A stretch of DNA of 64,000 nt from Asterionella formosa (GCA_002256025.1 NKIB01009348.1:1-64000); one strand, 5' to 3'. Shown: positions 38,073 through 50,813, counted from the stretch's first letter. A program made the numbers and translations. The notes: generated by a model from the sequence alone, not told the origin.

Positions 38073-38660
38073 AAGGGGGGGTCAGGCATCCAAATTTTGC
38101 TGGAAATGGGCAAAAGTGAAAATCGAAAAAACACAACATTTTTTTGTAGACGCCAATTTTAAATTAGCTACACTTTTATAATATCGATAGCTTTTTGGAT
38201 GGTGCACATTACAGCAAATGTGCCGGAGAAAACCAAATGATTTAAAGTGGCCCTGGTGAAATTTTAAATATCACCGCGATTGTCTTCAACCAAGGGAACA
38301 TTAAGAAAGGATGATATTTTTCTTATGTATGCACATTTTTAGTCTGTACTCATCTAATATAATTTTTTGGGAGTTTATCTAAGCGGAGATTTTCATAAAT
38401 CCTACATTTGAACCCCTATCTCTAACTAGGGTTAATAATAGTATTGAGTCAGGTTAATCAAACACAAACTTTCACAAGTTAAAAATGTATATTTATATTC
38501 TTGCTGAATGCAGCTTTCACCATTTGACACCTTTTCCATATGCTTATGTACAGTCATTGGTCAAAGTATGTGTATAGGTCAACTCTATATAACGTCTGGA
38601 TATAGTAGTATCTACTGACGAGAAATGACAGAAAGGAACCTCGGTTTTTTAGCTTTGCTA
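38073..38660. mobile_element. Composite repeat / non-autonomous transposon remnant
   Basis: 38400-38659 matches 48-300 inverted. 38110-38270 loosely matches 1920-2095 direct (gtgaaaat, gccaattttaa, tgcaca, ggagaaaa, tggccc in the same order). Confidence 0.6.
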
Positions 38661-40516
38661 TAATCTGCTTTTTTTGCCAGAGGTTAGCTAACTTCTGATA
38701 ATATGTAGCGGTGACCTATGTATTTGATTATCGTTCAGACCCAGCCAATGTTGAGCAATTATTGTCCATGAAATCAACAAAGTTGGCCTTTTCAACAATC
38801 TCCTAAGTATCGGAATCAGAATCACTTAGTGTCAAAACGTCATCATCAGAACAAGGAGTCTTATGGCTCAATTTTTAGTTATAAAATCTCCAATACAGCA
38901 AATTTCACTGCAAGTGCCCACTTAACTATTTGTATTTTGGTTGTTAAAAGTGAATTACTTACCTCCATTTGATTGGCACAGTTTGTGATCATGTCATACA
39001 ATTCCAGTGCCAGCCACATTGGATACACATGCAACATTTTCTTTGGTGTTTGTTGGTACCATAGTATGCTTAGCTACCAGTAAAATGCAATTTGCTTTGA
39101 AAGTATGCTGGGCACAGTGCACTGTTTTTGAATATTTGCAAAGCCTCTGGGTTGTATGACACATAATTGTTGATCAGAGTATTGACTATACATATATGCA
39201 TGGGTCAATTGAGAAGCATATAAAGTTAATTTGAGAAGGAATATATGATGTACATTTGTGTTAATTTCCACTGATTTAAATATATCAAATGGAATCATGG
39301 TTATTCACAATTAGCACACAAATATTCCCATTTCCAGGGAATTTCGGCAACCCTATGTAGAAAGCATTATTTTAATTTTTGCCTACCAGTAGCGTCTCAA
39401 ATGCAGGAACCTTACCAAATCATTGATTTGATCCTGTATGTACGATGCCTGGTACAGGGGAGTGTGAATGAATATCTGCGTGAGCATGACCGCCGTACTA
39501 GGCCTTTATGAAATACCGGTATGTTCTTTGCATTCGGGATTGGAAACAGCGAATCAATAAAATGACAACAACAAGAAAGGCTTTTATTTAGCGGGACCTG
39601 GTTCCAGCTCCCTGGATCTCGGAGTACCTGTGACTGAACCTGGTAAGCAACTGGGTAGGAGTTTTACACATTATGTACAGGTCGAATTTTTAAGGACCGG
39701 TATAGAGAATAATACCGGGTAATCTTTTTGCGGAGTAATTATGAAGTGGGTTGAAGACTACCAGGTACCGTAAAATGTATGCACAGCTCTTTTGTTCTAT
39801 GAAAAATATAATATATCTAACATGTTACCCCGTACCTGGAACACCTGGTACACCGACCGGGTGTTTATCCGGTACCTGGTACCTGGTACCAGGTACCGGT
39901 ACCCGGTAATCTGGAGTAGCAACGCCTGATACGGGTACTCGAGTACTTACGCCCGTTTTATATACTCGGAGTAATTCACACCAGATCAAATAATCCCATC
40001 GCTAGTCAAATGTGTTACCAGGTACCGGTAGTACAGTACTGGTACTCACGTTTACGACTGGTTTACAGGTAGAGCTACTGGTACTGGTACCAGGTCAGGA
40101 ACAGTTATCGTGAGTGATAAATTCATTGATTTGAGTATGTACCGGCACTCTTTCTTTGATTATCCTCAAAGAATCTCTTTTCTCGAAACTGAACGAAAAG
40201 GAATCATATTTCTCCGCTCCTCCCTATACAGGTAATATATAAACTCCGAGTTTGGTCACTTTCTGTATGTGCTAACTAGAATCCACTACTCACCTCTTGC
40301 ACTCCAAAGTACGCACAAGCAAAATTACATTTCGGAGAATTGTATCCCCGGCGTACCTGGTACCTGGGACCATTTATTTATTTATGTATAAGAATATTTA
40401 TTTATACCGTATGTTGAAATCGTAGCTGCAACAAGGAAGAAAGGACTGAAACACGACGCTTGCAACCAACAGAAAACTCCGCGTTGAAACATAAATATCG
40501 CATACAGTTTCAAGAG

Positions 40517-41471
40517 ATGTGGAATATATTTTCCGATGATAGTGAAATACGAAAGGAAACAAGAATCCATAATTCGCAAGATGAACAAGAACAATCAATT
40601 TTATCAAACGGTGAAGGAGAAATAAATAACATGAAAGTGTTATCAATGGCTTCCACGTGCATCAGCAATGATGCATTTCACTGCAAATCCCACCAAACGG
40701 GCAAGCGACCAGTTAGTGTCCACTTATGCTTGACGGAAGCGACATCTGAATCTCCAAAGGAGAGACTCAAGGTCCATGCGGAATTATCTTCTAATGAACA
40801 TCTTGACTCGGATGGGGATGCAATTTGTCGCAACGTGGTGAGGAAGCAAATTGTTGCCATAATGTAAGTTGATCATCTTTTCGCCATAATGTGTACATGT
40901 CTCCAAGCTCACCCATAATGTCTCTTTCGACTTACATAGTGCAAAGAGACTCGAACAAGCAGAACAAGAACTCGACCATTATTATCCAGTGGCCACTTTG
41001 GCGCAATTGCTAGAGAATCATCTGTTTTCCACAGCACCTTCATTTGAAGCGTATGCAGATCAAGGGACACTAAACTCTCGCCTTCGTCTCATTACAGTTG
41101 CCCTAATGCGCCGAAGGTTACAAAGGGGTCAGAAGCATCTACGGTCCAACGTTTTGAAAGCACATCTTGGGTTGTTAAAATACAACGAAGTCATGCAACT
41201 GGTACATATTATTAAAGCCTTAAAATTTGCCAGAGTCTCAATATCCTGCGCGAGCTGTCCACGGGAAGGCCCTTGTGATGCCAGCTCCATTCCCGCACAG
41301 AGAGTATTGCCACAGGAAGTTCGCAATATTTTTTTCAATACCCATTTGCTTCAGGCGGTGGAATCAGTCGCAGTGGAACGCATTCCTCAGTTGCCGTGGG
41401 ACATGATGATTGGAAACGCCAAAGCAAACATACGAGCCTATCAGGATTGGAACGACCATGCGAGAGCGTAA
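40517..41471 (+). CDS. KIX-like (MED15/CBP-type) domain protein; exons 40517-40863 and 40940-41471
   Basis: GTAAGT...CATAG intron joins RNVVRKQIVAI to IAKRLEQ...LAQLLENHLFSTAPSFEAYADQGTLNSRL in frame. The pattern LExxLFxxAxSFExY.D..TL..RL is KIX-like. Confidence 0.7.
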
Positions 41472-42287
41472 ATGCTCGTATTGTGATGAACGACCAAAGG
41501 CATCATGTTGAAATATGTTCTTAACAGCAGATTAGGGTGTACCATTCATAAACAAATCAAAGAGCATCAACGAAAAAAGAACCTTGGGTACTTTGCAACA
41601 TAGCTAGCTACGACATATCTATTATTCCAAGCTGTGTTAATTTTGTTCCAATCATGTCAAGTCGTTCGTACCCCGATCCTACCTTCTGAGGGACACTTCC
41701 AGGGAAACGGCACCTAGTTTACCTGTGAGCATACATACTAGTCCTTAAAACAATAATTCCCGATTCCAATAGCAATCAAAACACATGACGGTAGATAGGT
41801 ATAACTCAAGCAATTGGAATGGACTTTTCATTTGGACCACCATGCATATTCTAGTCCCAATATGCTAGAAAGTACCTTGTACTATGTATGACCAGGGCAT
41901 CACGATAAATCTGCTTATTAAACAATTGCTGCGTTGAATTGACAGGTTTGGTTCAGTGACCCTTGGACTCAACTAAAGCACCAACATAGATCGCAAGAAA
42001 AACAAGCAAAAGATGATAATACATGTACTGGTAACTCGACTTTTGATTATTTTATGGTACCAGGTACTGCTGATTATCATTTCTGCATGCCGGTATTTTA
42101 AATTTGCTTCCGGCAGTTGAATTTACCCTTCTGGAAAATGGACCAGTTTATAATGTAAATCTTATCACATGACGTCATCAGACATTTGAATTGCAGCATT
42201 GCGATAGGCTGTGGTCACATTGTGTCATCCCTATGTTTCTAATCTACATAAAGGAAAGTGAACAGACACATTCATCCTACTACCGTA

Positions 42288-42840
42288 TTGGGCGCGCTCT
42301 GACAATAAAATATTATTGTATCATGTGTATTATGACACAATTATTTTGGCGATTTTTTACATAATTACATCGTTGCCCTCTGATATGGCTGGATGCATCA
42401 TGAAACTGCATTGGGTAGCCATCGAAGCTAGAACATAATAATCCCATGTAGCTGTTGATAGAAGCAACATGATTTTAGCTAAAGTAAAATGTCTATATAA
42501 ATAGCATTCATATGAATAAATTTTGTGTACACATGCATCTGCAATCTCATTGTTGTCCTGGTTACATTCATTCATGACAAACATGAAATCGAAGTCCATT
42601 GTGCAGCAGCGGGTGTGAAATCGTTGTTTTGTTATCATCATTGTAACTACTATGTGACCTTATTTGAGACATTCCTGTACAGTTTCAACTCCAGGTTGCC
42701 CACTAACAAGCACAAAGAGGTACTTACCAGATTTACCAAATTTGATCAACACAAAAACACAAATTTCGGGGTTATGGGTACAACGATATTTGTTTTATTA
42801 CACATGATATACTAATTTTTTATAACCAGAGCACACCCAA
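42288..42840. mobile_element. MITE with ~45-50 bp imperfect TIRs and TA target duplication (Tc1/mariner-type)
   Basis: Left ta|TTGGGCGCGCTCTGacaataaaatattattgtatcatgtgta; right end reverse complement ta|TTGGGTGTGCTCTGgttataaaaaattagtatatcatgtgta. Confidence 0.85.
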
Positions 42841-43147
42841 TAGAAAATATTACATCATGAGTGTGTTAAAGCACAAATTATTTTGGTGACTTGATACAGA
42901 CCATCTCAATCAACTAGAACCATGAACAGAGAAAATCAAGTTTCCTAGAATCCCAGCATCCAAAACAAAGTAGTTCCTCAATCTGCATCATGAACCATTT
43001 ATTCCTTTTGCAGTTGTCAAACACAGTACCTCAACAGCAACCAGCAACACCTAGTTAGGAAATGCGAATGCAACAACTGCTGAAACAATAAATAGTGGTC
43101 ATTGCACGCAACATTAATTGTCTTAAATGCATCGGCACTTTGCTGGT

Positions 43148-44812
43148 CTATTCCAACAAACACCGGATACATCCCTTAAACTTTTCTAATTGATTCCTAT
43201 TTCGTCTTCGATGATGGATTCGATTGGTCATGGAGGTTAGCGAAAAGTCTTCTGCTTCCTGTGATGTTATTGATCCGCCGTCAACAGCAGCCAGGAACTG
43301 AAAATATTTCGATTCCTCCAGTTGATCATGGTAACCCCATTCAGATAGCTCCATGATGGACTTTGGTGACGACTCGCGCTGCATTGGTTCCTGTATCTCT
43401 GCCTTGCTGCTAAAGTTTACCACTTGGTTCTTTTTGGTGGTTGTTTCCCGCTGTGGATCAGCGTACACTGTAGTTTCTATCAGCGATCCTTGTTTCTTTA
43501 GCAGAGACAGATTCAGTGGAACACCCGGTGATTGCTGTTGACTTGGAGGACTGCTGGTATCCTGCGCTTTCTTGGGGATAGAGGCAACGGGGAAGTATGG
43601 GTCCCATTCCACTGCAGAACAGAAGGCCATCTCAAATTCATTAGACTTGTCCGTCTCTTTAATTGGTTCCGTTCCACATTGCTGTGAAAACATTTCATCC
43701 CAAGCATTCGACTCCTCCTTCTGCAGGGACAGAAGATGTGAATCCCGAGCATTAAAGAAGTCCATATCGACAACATCCAAATCGCCGGTCGCTGTCGTCA
43801 GTGTCGTTTCAATGGTGGTGTTCATAGTTGTTTCCGAGCTCAATGTCCTTTCAGCAAAGAAAACCGACGATATGGTGGTATCTGTCGATCGTTCCAAGAT
43901 TGAATTAGTTTCCTCATGAATCCGATGGCTTCTCTTGTCCCTATCCGTCGTGGACGACGTAGTTGATCCCGCTCCTTTTGACCCGATCGCGGCTTTGCTT
44001 TCTGTCAAATCGTTCAATATGTAATTGTTTTCCTCGCACTCGTCAATGATCAAAGCTAGTTGCTCCAGGTACTGCAGCAATTGTACGAGTTGAGATTGGG
44101 ATTGCGCCCGCATCTCATCGAGCACTGGGTCAGTAGCAAAGTAGTCTGTGTGTGTGGGTAGAACAGTAGATAGGAACTTGACGAGGCGGGTTCCGACAAG
44201 ATAGGATTCATTCAACTCATCCCTGTCAGCTACAAATTTATTCAGAAATTGCTCAAGAACCTGAGGAATGAAGGAGTAGTGGAACGATGTCGGTGAGAAA
44301 TCCAATTGATGTGCTTTGACGCTGTCACGAGGCAAGACATTAAGCCCAACATAGTTCAAGACGGTTCTTACCCTCTCAGCAACGTCATAATACTTTTCAA
44401 TACTGCAATTGTTGGTGAGCACAAAGGTGTTCCCTCCGGACTCTTCATCGTGCATGATCAGTTTTGCTCGAAAGAGTTTTCCGTGCTTTCTCCACGTTTC
44501 TTGTCCACTTCGTGAAGAATCCTTCAACACGTTCGAGTGCTTGGCTATGATCACGTTGGCCATTTCAGTTGTCATTGACGACAATGGCGCAGATGCAGCT
44601 GCAGCTGCAGCTGGACGAGAATTGCTCCTGTCCTTTGCACTAATTTTGGAAGCCACAGCATAGGATGGTTGTTTCAAGGAGGGCAAAAGCTTTTGTCCGG
44701 AGGGCCGCGGCGGTTTTCTGCCGCTAGCTTTTTGAGTCTCATCAGTGGAACTGGCATTGGACTCGTCCAATGAGACAAGAGTTGACCACGATACTTTTCG
44801 TCCGGTTGCCAT
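43148..44812 (-). CDS. Protein with USP8-dimerisation/AMSH N-terminal-like domain; probable in-frame intron 44261-44371
   Basis: SIEKYYDVAER...VLEQF...LNESYLVGTRLVKFLSTVLPTHTDY resembles USP8_dimer. Minus-strand GTAAGA...CCTCAG (111 nt) interrupts the domain. Confidence 0.75.
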   Translation of the reverse strand: MATGRKVSWSTLVSLDESNASSTDETQKASGRKPPRPSGQKLLPSLKQPSYAVASKISAKDRSNSRPAAAAAASAPLSSMTTEMANVIIAKHSNVLKDSSRSGQETWRKHGKLFRAKLIMHDEESGGNTFVLTNNCSIEKYYDVAERVRTVLNYVGLNVLPRDSVKAHQLDFSPTSFHYSFIPQVLEQFLNKFVADRDELNESYLVGTRLVKFLSTVLPTHTDYFATDPVLDEMRAQSQSQLVQLLQYLEQLALIIDECEENNYILNDLTESKAAIGSKGAGSTTSSTTDRDKRSHRIHEETNSILERSTDTTISSVFFAERTLSSETTMNTTIETTLTTATGDLDVVDMDFFNARDSHLLSLQKEESNAWDEMFSQQCGTEPIKETDKSNEFEMAFCSAVEWDPYFPVASIPKKAQDTSSPPSQQQSPGVPLNLSLLKKQGSLIETTVYADPQRETTTKKNQVVNFSSKAEIQEPMQRESSPKSIMELSEWGYHDQLEESKYFQFLAAVDGGSITSQEAEDFSLTSMTNRIHHRRRNRNQLEKFKGCIRCLLE

Positions 44813-46269
44813 GGTCGTTCAAGTTCATGCACATGACATTTTCGGTCGATGATTCTGAGACGAACGACGGTGGACGTATTCGACAATATTCTGTTGATAT
44901 ATTATAAGACCCAGCGTTAAAAGGCGCCAAGACCACGACTGGGCAATGCATCATTTCAGCCGCCGGTACGGGTATCTTCGTCCAATCGAACATTTTGATT
45001 TCTACACAGTTGAGGAAGGATATAAAATAATTTACAGGTTTCGTGTAGAAGTGAGGCGGGCAGGCTCGGCAGGTTTTGGCGCCTTTTAAACAATTAATTA
45101 CGCGGTAATATACCGGTATACTCTCGTTAGATTGAATGTCTTCCTTTTCCTTCACGATTACCGGTGTGCATACATTAGTGTCGATATGTACATCCACTGG
45201 TGTCATATATGTATCATGTATCAATAATTTTTAATGAGGAACCATCTTTTCAATTTGGAATCTTGCATAATACATATCCTGCTATCATATATTCATTTGC
45301 TCACAACAACTGTACTGGAACGGCACACCTGCGCGGTCTCCAATATTTACGTGGTACAGTAACGATCAGCCATGTGTCAAAGAAAATGAGGATGTCCTAA
45401 CTGCCTACCGGTACGCTCCACTATGTATAATATACTCCCCATCCCATTCTCCCATGGATACTCTACAATACATAAAGAAAAAATATTGTCTTGGTCGTTG
45501 ATGTTGCCGGGCAGATAGCAGAGGGACGGATTTGTAGGCAATTTTATGGAGGACGGACCGAGCAAGCATGATACCTCCTAAACAGCAGGAGTGCTCGTGC
45601 ATTGTTGTACAAGACATACCGGTATCATGGTGCATTAATTCTTTACAACGCATGTCAAATCTACCGGTAGCCGCTACCGGCAGTGACTACCTCTAGCACT
45701 CCTAGGAGATTGATTCTGTAAAGGTGACATAGCTACCAGTCTACCTTGTACTCTATAAAGTAGAAGAACGAGCGCTGAAAAGTAATGAACTCATCCATGG
45801 GCGGGGGAAGGAGGAGGCTGACTTTGCTTGGCAGCATTTTTTGTTGTCTAAATATAGAACATTGAACTGATGCATGATTGAATGGCTGTACAGGTAAAGT
45901 ACCGGGTACTCCCCCTGTTCAACTACCGGTACTGGTATACCGGTAGTTGAAACCAAATTTTACGGCACCGATCATGATTCTCCAATAATTCTCTGGCCAA
46001 CAGCCTTTCCTAGTCAAATTATTACTAACGGAATGGTGTACTGGTATATAATAAAGGATAGCATGTTTTATAGCCCATTTGTACTCCACTATTTCTAAGC
46101 AAGTTTTTCATTGTGCTACCTGCCAACAAGACCTGTGCTTCCCTATTTTTGTTAGCATGGGTGAGTCCCCAACCACCTTTTGCGAAAGGTGATTGTCTTA
46201 GCTGCAGCATTAGGGGAACTCCGACTGCCTAGGAAGGTGACACAAGCATCTTGTAGGGGGGCAACACAC

Positions 46270-46484
46270 TATTATTGCATACCATTCATCACCTATAGAT
46301 ACCAGCAATGTCACCTTGATTGTATGAGAACGTGTTCTAGCATACCCTCCATCATGTATAGATAGCAGCACTATCACCTTGTTTGTACAAGAATGTGTTG
46401 TTATTGCATACCCTTCATCACCTATAAATACCAATGTTAGTTTGTTTGTACAATAATGTGGTATTGCGTACGCTCCATCACCTA
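46270..46484. repeat. Degenerate tandem repeat, ~60-66 bp unit x3.3
   Basis: gcatacc.t.catca..tata.ata and ttg.ttgta..a.aa.gtg recur at ~46277, 46340 and 46405, with a partial copy at ~46466. Confidence 0.8.
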
Positions 46485-47946
46485 GTAATGAATTTCAATT
46501 GATTGAGCAACTGCTGGTGATTGTTATAGCGTGATGATAAACAATACATAAATACAGCATGTATGTATATATTTATATTTAACAATATTCTCTATGACTA
46601 TTAAAGGGAAATTGGGCTGGCTAACCAAGTTAACCAGAAACAGTCTTTAACAGTAACGATATCCTCTATGACAATACCGGATAATAAAGAATAAATTGTA
46701 AACCATAAACTAAAATTATGAAATAATCTATGAAAAATGGAAATGTTCACGTTGTGTCAGTTATTTTCACCATAAAAGGACCTGCTTCAAAAATTATCTT
46801 TCAATGAAGCTCCAATTTGCGCGCATTTTTTTGAATGAAAATGCAGGGTGTCACATTGAATCAGACATCTTTGTCCAATAGAAGTAATCAAGGCAGATAG
46901 GTAAAATGCAGTGGCCTCACAGGTTGCAATGAGAGCATCACTCCCAAAAACACCACTTAGATTGCGCTACATTTTTGATTAGTGGTAGATGCTGATGCAT
47001 TAAAGTAAAGCATAATTCATTTTTTGCTGACTTGAGCTAGTCATTTGAATAGTACTACTACCCATATCATTTGGTTCTTATACTAGAACATTTAGTTCCT
47101 GTGATACTACTAGTAGGTTGCTTGCTTCCACACACCTTTTTGGAGCTATCTATGCAAAATCTGATTTGCCAATAATAATCAAAGAAAATCTGACAAAAAA
47201 GTGAGTGCTGCGACTGCTTGAGGGTATTACTACTAGGATCCCATGTCATAATGCAGTACTTACTACTTTGGAAGGACAAGAATTCAGCAAACTGATCAAA
47301 TATGTACATGTGTGACCCTTGTTGATTGTTTTTTCTTTTTATGCATACTGGTTCATTCATAGGACTTGGAGAAGTAGTACCTGGGACCTACAGTCTATTT
47401 ATTGGAATAAAAATTAGGATAGAAGTCGAGGAGCAGTAAACCTTGGTACCGGTACGCTGTATTGGAATTCAACAAGTTTCCTATACATGGTAACCTGGTA
47501 CCACGTACAGATTAGTACATAGTTGTACAAGACCTCAACATTTTCATCACCCATTCGCCTTGGCGAATAAAATACCGGCATGGACATTCATAAAATAATA
47601 ATGTGGCTGAAACTACCGGTACGTATGGTACTCCATACCAGGCAGACTACCTGGTACCGGTGACAGCGATGATCATTACTATGAAATGGCAAATGAAATC
47701 AATTAATAATCACAAGTCTTTGGACTTGTTTACACATTTTCAAGACGCTGCAATATAGTTTACAGATATTTCTTACCGTCCATCATTGTAACCAACATTC
47801 GAAGGGACAAAAACAAATATTACGAAATTTGCCACCTTTGAGCAATTACCGGTACATTCGTTGCTCATTGTGTAAGGTCCTTGTTCTTCATTTTGATCAG
47901 AATCTGCTCTCTGCTTTGAAAAAAGTAATGATATAATAAATTTCTC

Positions 47947-49590
47947 ATGTCCGCCCTGATGTACCTAGTCCCTCTGCTGCTGCCCTCAGTACTTGGATTT
48001 CCGGGCTTCTACCACAATCACAACCTACACAAGAGTCAGTATCACAAAGCAGTGAATCCAAACACCTTTTCTTATTCCAGATGGTCAGGTCGACGTCCAG
48101 CGTTTCTACCTCTCTTCTCGTCGTCGAATACTGGTACTCCACCTACCGGTGCTCCTATTAATGTCCTGCCTCAACTACCATCACCAAAATGTGTCCCGTC
48201 CATTGTCGAGATGCCATCAACGACTCAACCTATCCTTCGAGGAGTTCTATTGGTCGACCCTTTTTCGCGATATCACTCCGGCTACATGACGGACCTTGCC
48301 GCTCACAAGTACGGGGTTGGCGTAGTGCGCGTGCTGTCGCCCTACATGGCCAAGGGCCTTCAACTATCTTTGTTAGCGACAACGACCGCATCGTCCCTCC
48401 ATTCGCAGGAACAGCAACAAGATGTGATGGCCAGTGTGGCCCCGTTGGACCTACCCGCCCTTGGTGAGTGGGTCGATCAGATCCCATTTGCGATTCAAGC
48501 CGTAATTTGTGAGTCTGACTCTGGCTTGGCCTATGCAGAACAATTGGCCTGCGCCTTGGAGCGCTTGGGAGTCGTCGAGCTGAAGCACAATGGCTATCAA
48601 GAGGCACGACGAGACAAGTTCGCCATGAATGAACTGTGCCGACACCGTGGGGTGAAGGTTGTCGCGCAGACGTTGTGTGGTACTGTGGAGGAGTGCGTAG
48701 CGCAAGCCAAGGAGAACTTTGGATGTGGTGACGACGCAACGAGGGATAGTACCCCTATCATTGTCAAACCCCGGCGAGGTGTCGCGAGTGACCGTGTGGC
48801 TCTCTGTCGGTCGCTGAAGGAAATTCCCTCGGCCGTCGACGCTATTTTAGATGCGACTGTCTTTGGCACCTACGACGTAAAGCACGATGCTGTCCTGCTG
48901 CAAGAATACGTCGATGGAGCTGAGTATGCGATTGACGTCGTCTCCAAGGATGGAGTCCACAAGGTAGCGGCTTTGTGGGTCTACGACAGGACATCCACGT
49001 CGGACGATGGAATCACCAATCCATTCGCGTACCTCTCGGGTCGGCTCTTGAGTGCTACAGATCATGATTGCTTGCCAGGTGTGATGGACTACGTCGAGGC
49101 GTGTTTGACGGCGCTCGATGTTAGATGGGGAATGACGCATTCCGAGGTGAAAGTTCAACAGGACGGAAGCATCCGATTGATGGAAGTTAATGTACGGCAG
49201 CAAAATGATAACTTTGGACCGCTCTGCGATGCTTGTGTAGGATACAACGCAATGGAACTATGTCTCTCAGCCTACCTGGAAGAAAGTGGTTTGTTCGAAG
49301 CAGTACCAAATAGACCAAGCCTTCGCTATCACGGAATGATTGTTAACTTAGCTTGCTTTGTTGAAGGAACTGTCTCAGAAATTCACCATATTGCTGAAAT
49401 AGAACAGCTGGAAAGCGTGCAGGCGATGGAAATCTATCCAGGGTTTGATGTTGGCCAGACGATTCGGAGAACAGTCGATATTCGTTCTGACTGTGGTTGG
49501 GTTCATCTTGTTAACGAATCAGAAGACGACATGATGTGTGACTATCAAAAGATTTGTGAATGGATGCCTACCATATTCGACATTAAGTAG
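47947..49590 (+). CDS. ATP-grasp ligase (amino-acid-ligase-like) with signal peptide
   Basis: ARRDKFAMNE, IIVKPRRGVASDRV, LLQEYVDGAEYAIDVVS, HSEVK, LMEVNVR. N-terminus LMYLVPLLLPSVLG|F. Confidence 0.88.
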   Translation: MSALMYLVPLLLPSVLGFPGFYHNHNLHKSQYHKAVNPNTFSYSRWSGRRPAFLPLFSSSNTGTPPTGAPINVLPQLPSPKCVPSIVEMPSTTQPILRGVLLVDPFSRYHSGYMTDLAAHKYGVGVVRVLSPYMAKGLQLSLLATTTASSLHSQEQQQDVMASVAPLDLPALGEWVDQIPFAIQAVICESDSGLAYAEQLACALERLGVVELKHNGYQEARRDKFAMNELCRHRGVKVVAQTLCGTVEECVAQAKENFGCGDDATRDSTPIIVKPRRGVASDRVALCRSLKEIPSAVDAILDATVFGTYDVKHDAVLLQEYVDGAEYAIDVVSKDGVHKVAALWVYDRTSTSDDGITNPFAYLSGRLLSATDHDCLPGVMDYVEACLTALDVRWGMTHSEVKVQQDGSIRLMEVNVRQQNDNFGPLCDACVGYNAMELCLSAYLEESGLFEAVPNRPSLRYHGMIVNLACFVEGTVSEIHHIAEIEQLESVQAMEIYPGFDVGQTIRRTVDIRSDCGWVHLVNESEDDMMCDYQKICEWMPTIFDIK

Positions 49591-50141
49591 CTAAATTACC
49601 GGTATTACATCCATGTTGCTAGCAAAACTGCAAATAAGATGGTGGGTTTCAAGAATTTCGTGAAACCTTTCATGTGTGCGTTACTTAGTAACTGGCAGCC
49701 TTGAGCATTCCCAAAGCCGATACGGACAATGGTGCCTTTTTGATTTGAAATATACTTGAAGTACAAGTTGTAATTGTAAAAAGTTCTAGTTGTTGCGTTG
49801 TGCTGAAATACTACTAGGCAAATGCCGGTACCAGGTACCGGTACCGGTAGCCGAAGAGGGAAGCAATCATACAATCATGCAAACATTTTAATATAGGAAG
49901 GTGGCGGCATCCTGGATGTGTATTGGTGCAACTTACTGTTATTCGCTCTGACATACCCAAAAAGGGATTCCACATGTATTGCATCAATGAAGTTAGACAT
50001 ATTCTATGTATGTGTAAATTAAGATGCGCTAACATATTTCTTATCTGTTTACTTCTCCAGACAGTGGACTCTGTGAATATATAGGAAAGCTGGTTGTGCG
50101 ACGAGGTCACCCTAACGGTTTGAATGGCGCACAATCGACGA

Positions 50142-50813
50142 TTACTCAACAGCTTCAACAATGTCGGTCATCTTTTTCTTGAAGAGCAGGAGTTCGTCCA
50201 AGGTATAGTATGGCTCCTTGAGGGTTGCCAAAGGGCTGCCCTTGACGAAAAACCGAACAATGGGATTACCATCGAAATTGTTTTCCTTGCAAAACAAGTA
50301 CGCTTCAGCAGAGTCACAAGATGCTTCGAACGTTCGAAAATTAACATCGTTCAGTGTAACTCCTTGAAACTCATTCCATGCTGATTTCAGGGCTTCGTCG
50401 GCTATGGGATGAATTGCAAACATGACCATGACGTGATCAGCAGAATTAATAGCCTCACGCATCACATCATCGTGCAATGTACCTTCATAATAATCTGACT
50501 CTGTCCTCGCAACTACAATGGTTCTCTCCGCGGGCAAATATACGTGGTCGTAAATTTGGACGCGTTCACCACCATTGCCATTCAAGTACTCTACCACATT
50601 GGTAAGTGTGACGCCGCCAAACAACATAAAGCAAGTAATCAAGTAGCATACTCCAAACAAAATGGTACAAACCTTTGCGCATCCTTCCGCTTGTTTGTAC
50701 CACTTTTTGCGCCTTGACAAGTCTTTTGCGTCATCAGTAAGGGCATATTCCAACGGTATGCCCTCATACGCATCGAGGATTGCCTTGTCAGCCATGAATT
50801 CTGGAGCTGCCAT
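50142..50813 (-). CDS. Membrane-anchored thioredoxin-fold-like protein lacking CxxC
   Basis: TM segment VCTILFGVCYLITCFMLFGGV; PDI-like pattern HVMVMF...ASCD...FCKENNFDGNPIVRFFVKG. Confidence 0.65.
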   Translation of the reverse strand: MAAPEFMADKAILDAYEGIPLEYALTDDAKDLSRRKKWYKQAEGCAKVCTILFGVCYLITCFMLFGGVTLTNVVEYLNGNGGERVQIYDHVYLPAERTIVVARTESDYYEGTLHDDVMREAINSADHVMVMFAIHPIADEALKSAWNEFQGVTLNDVNFRTFEASCDSAEAYLFCKENNFDGNPIVRFFVKGSPLATLKEPYYTLDELLLFKKKMTDIVEAVE

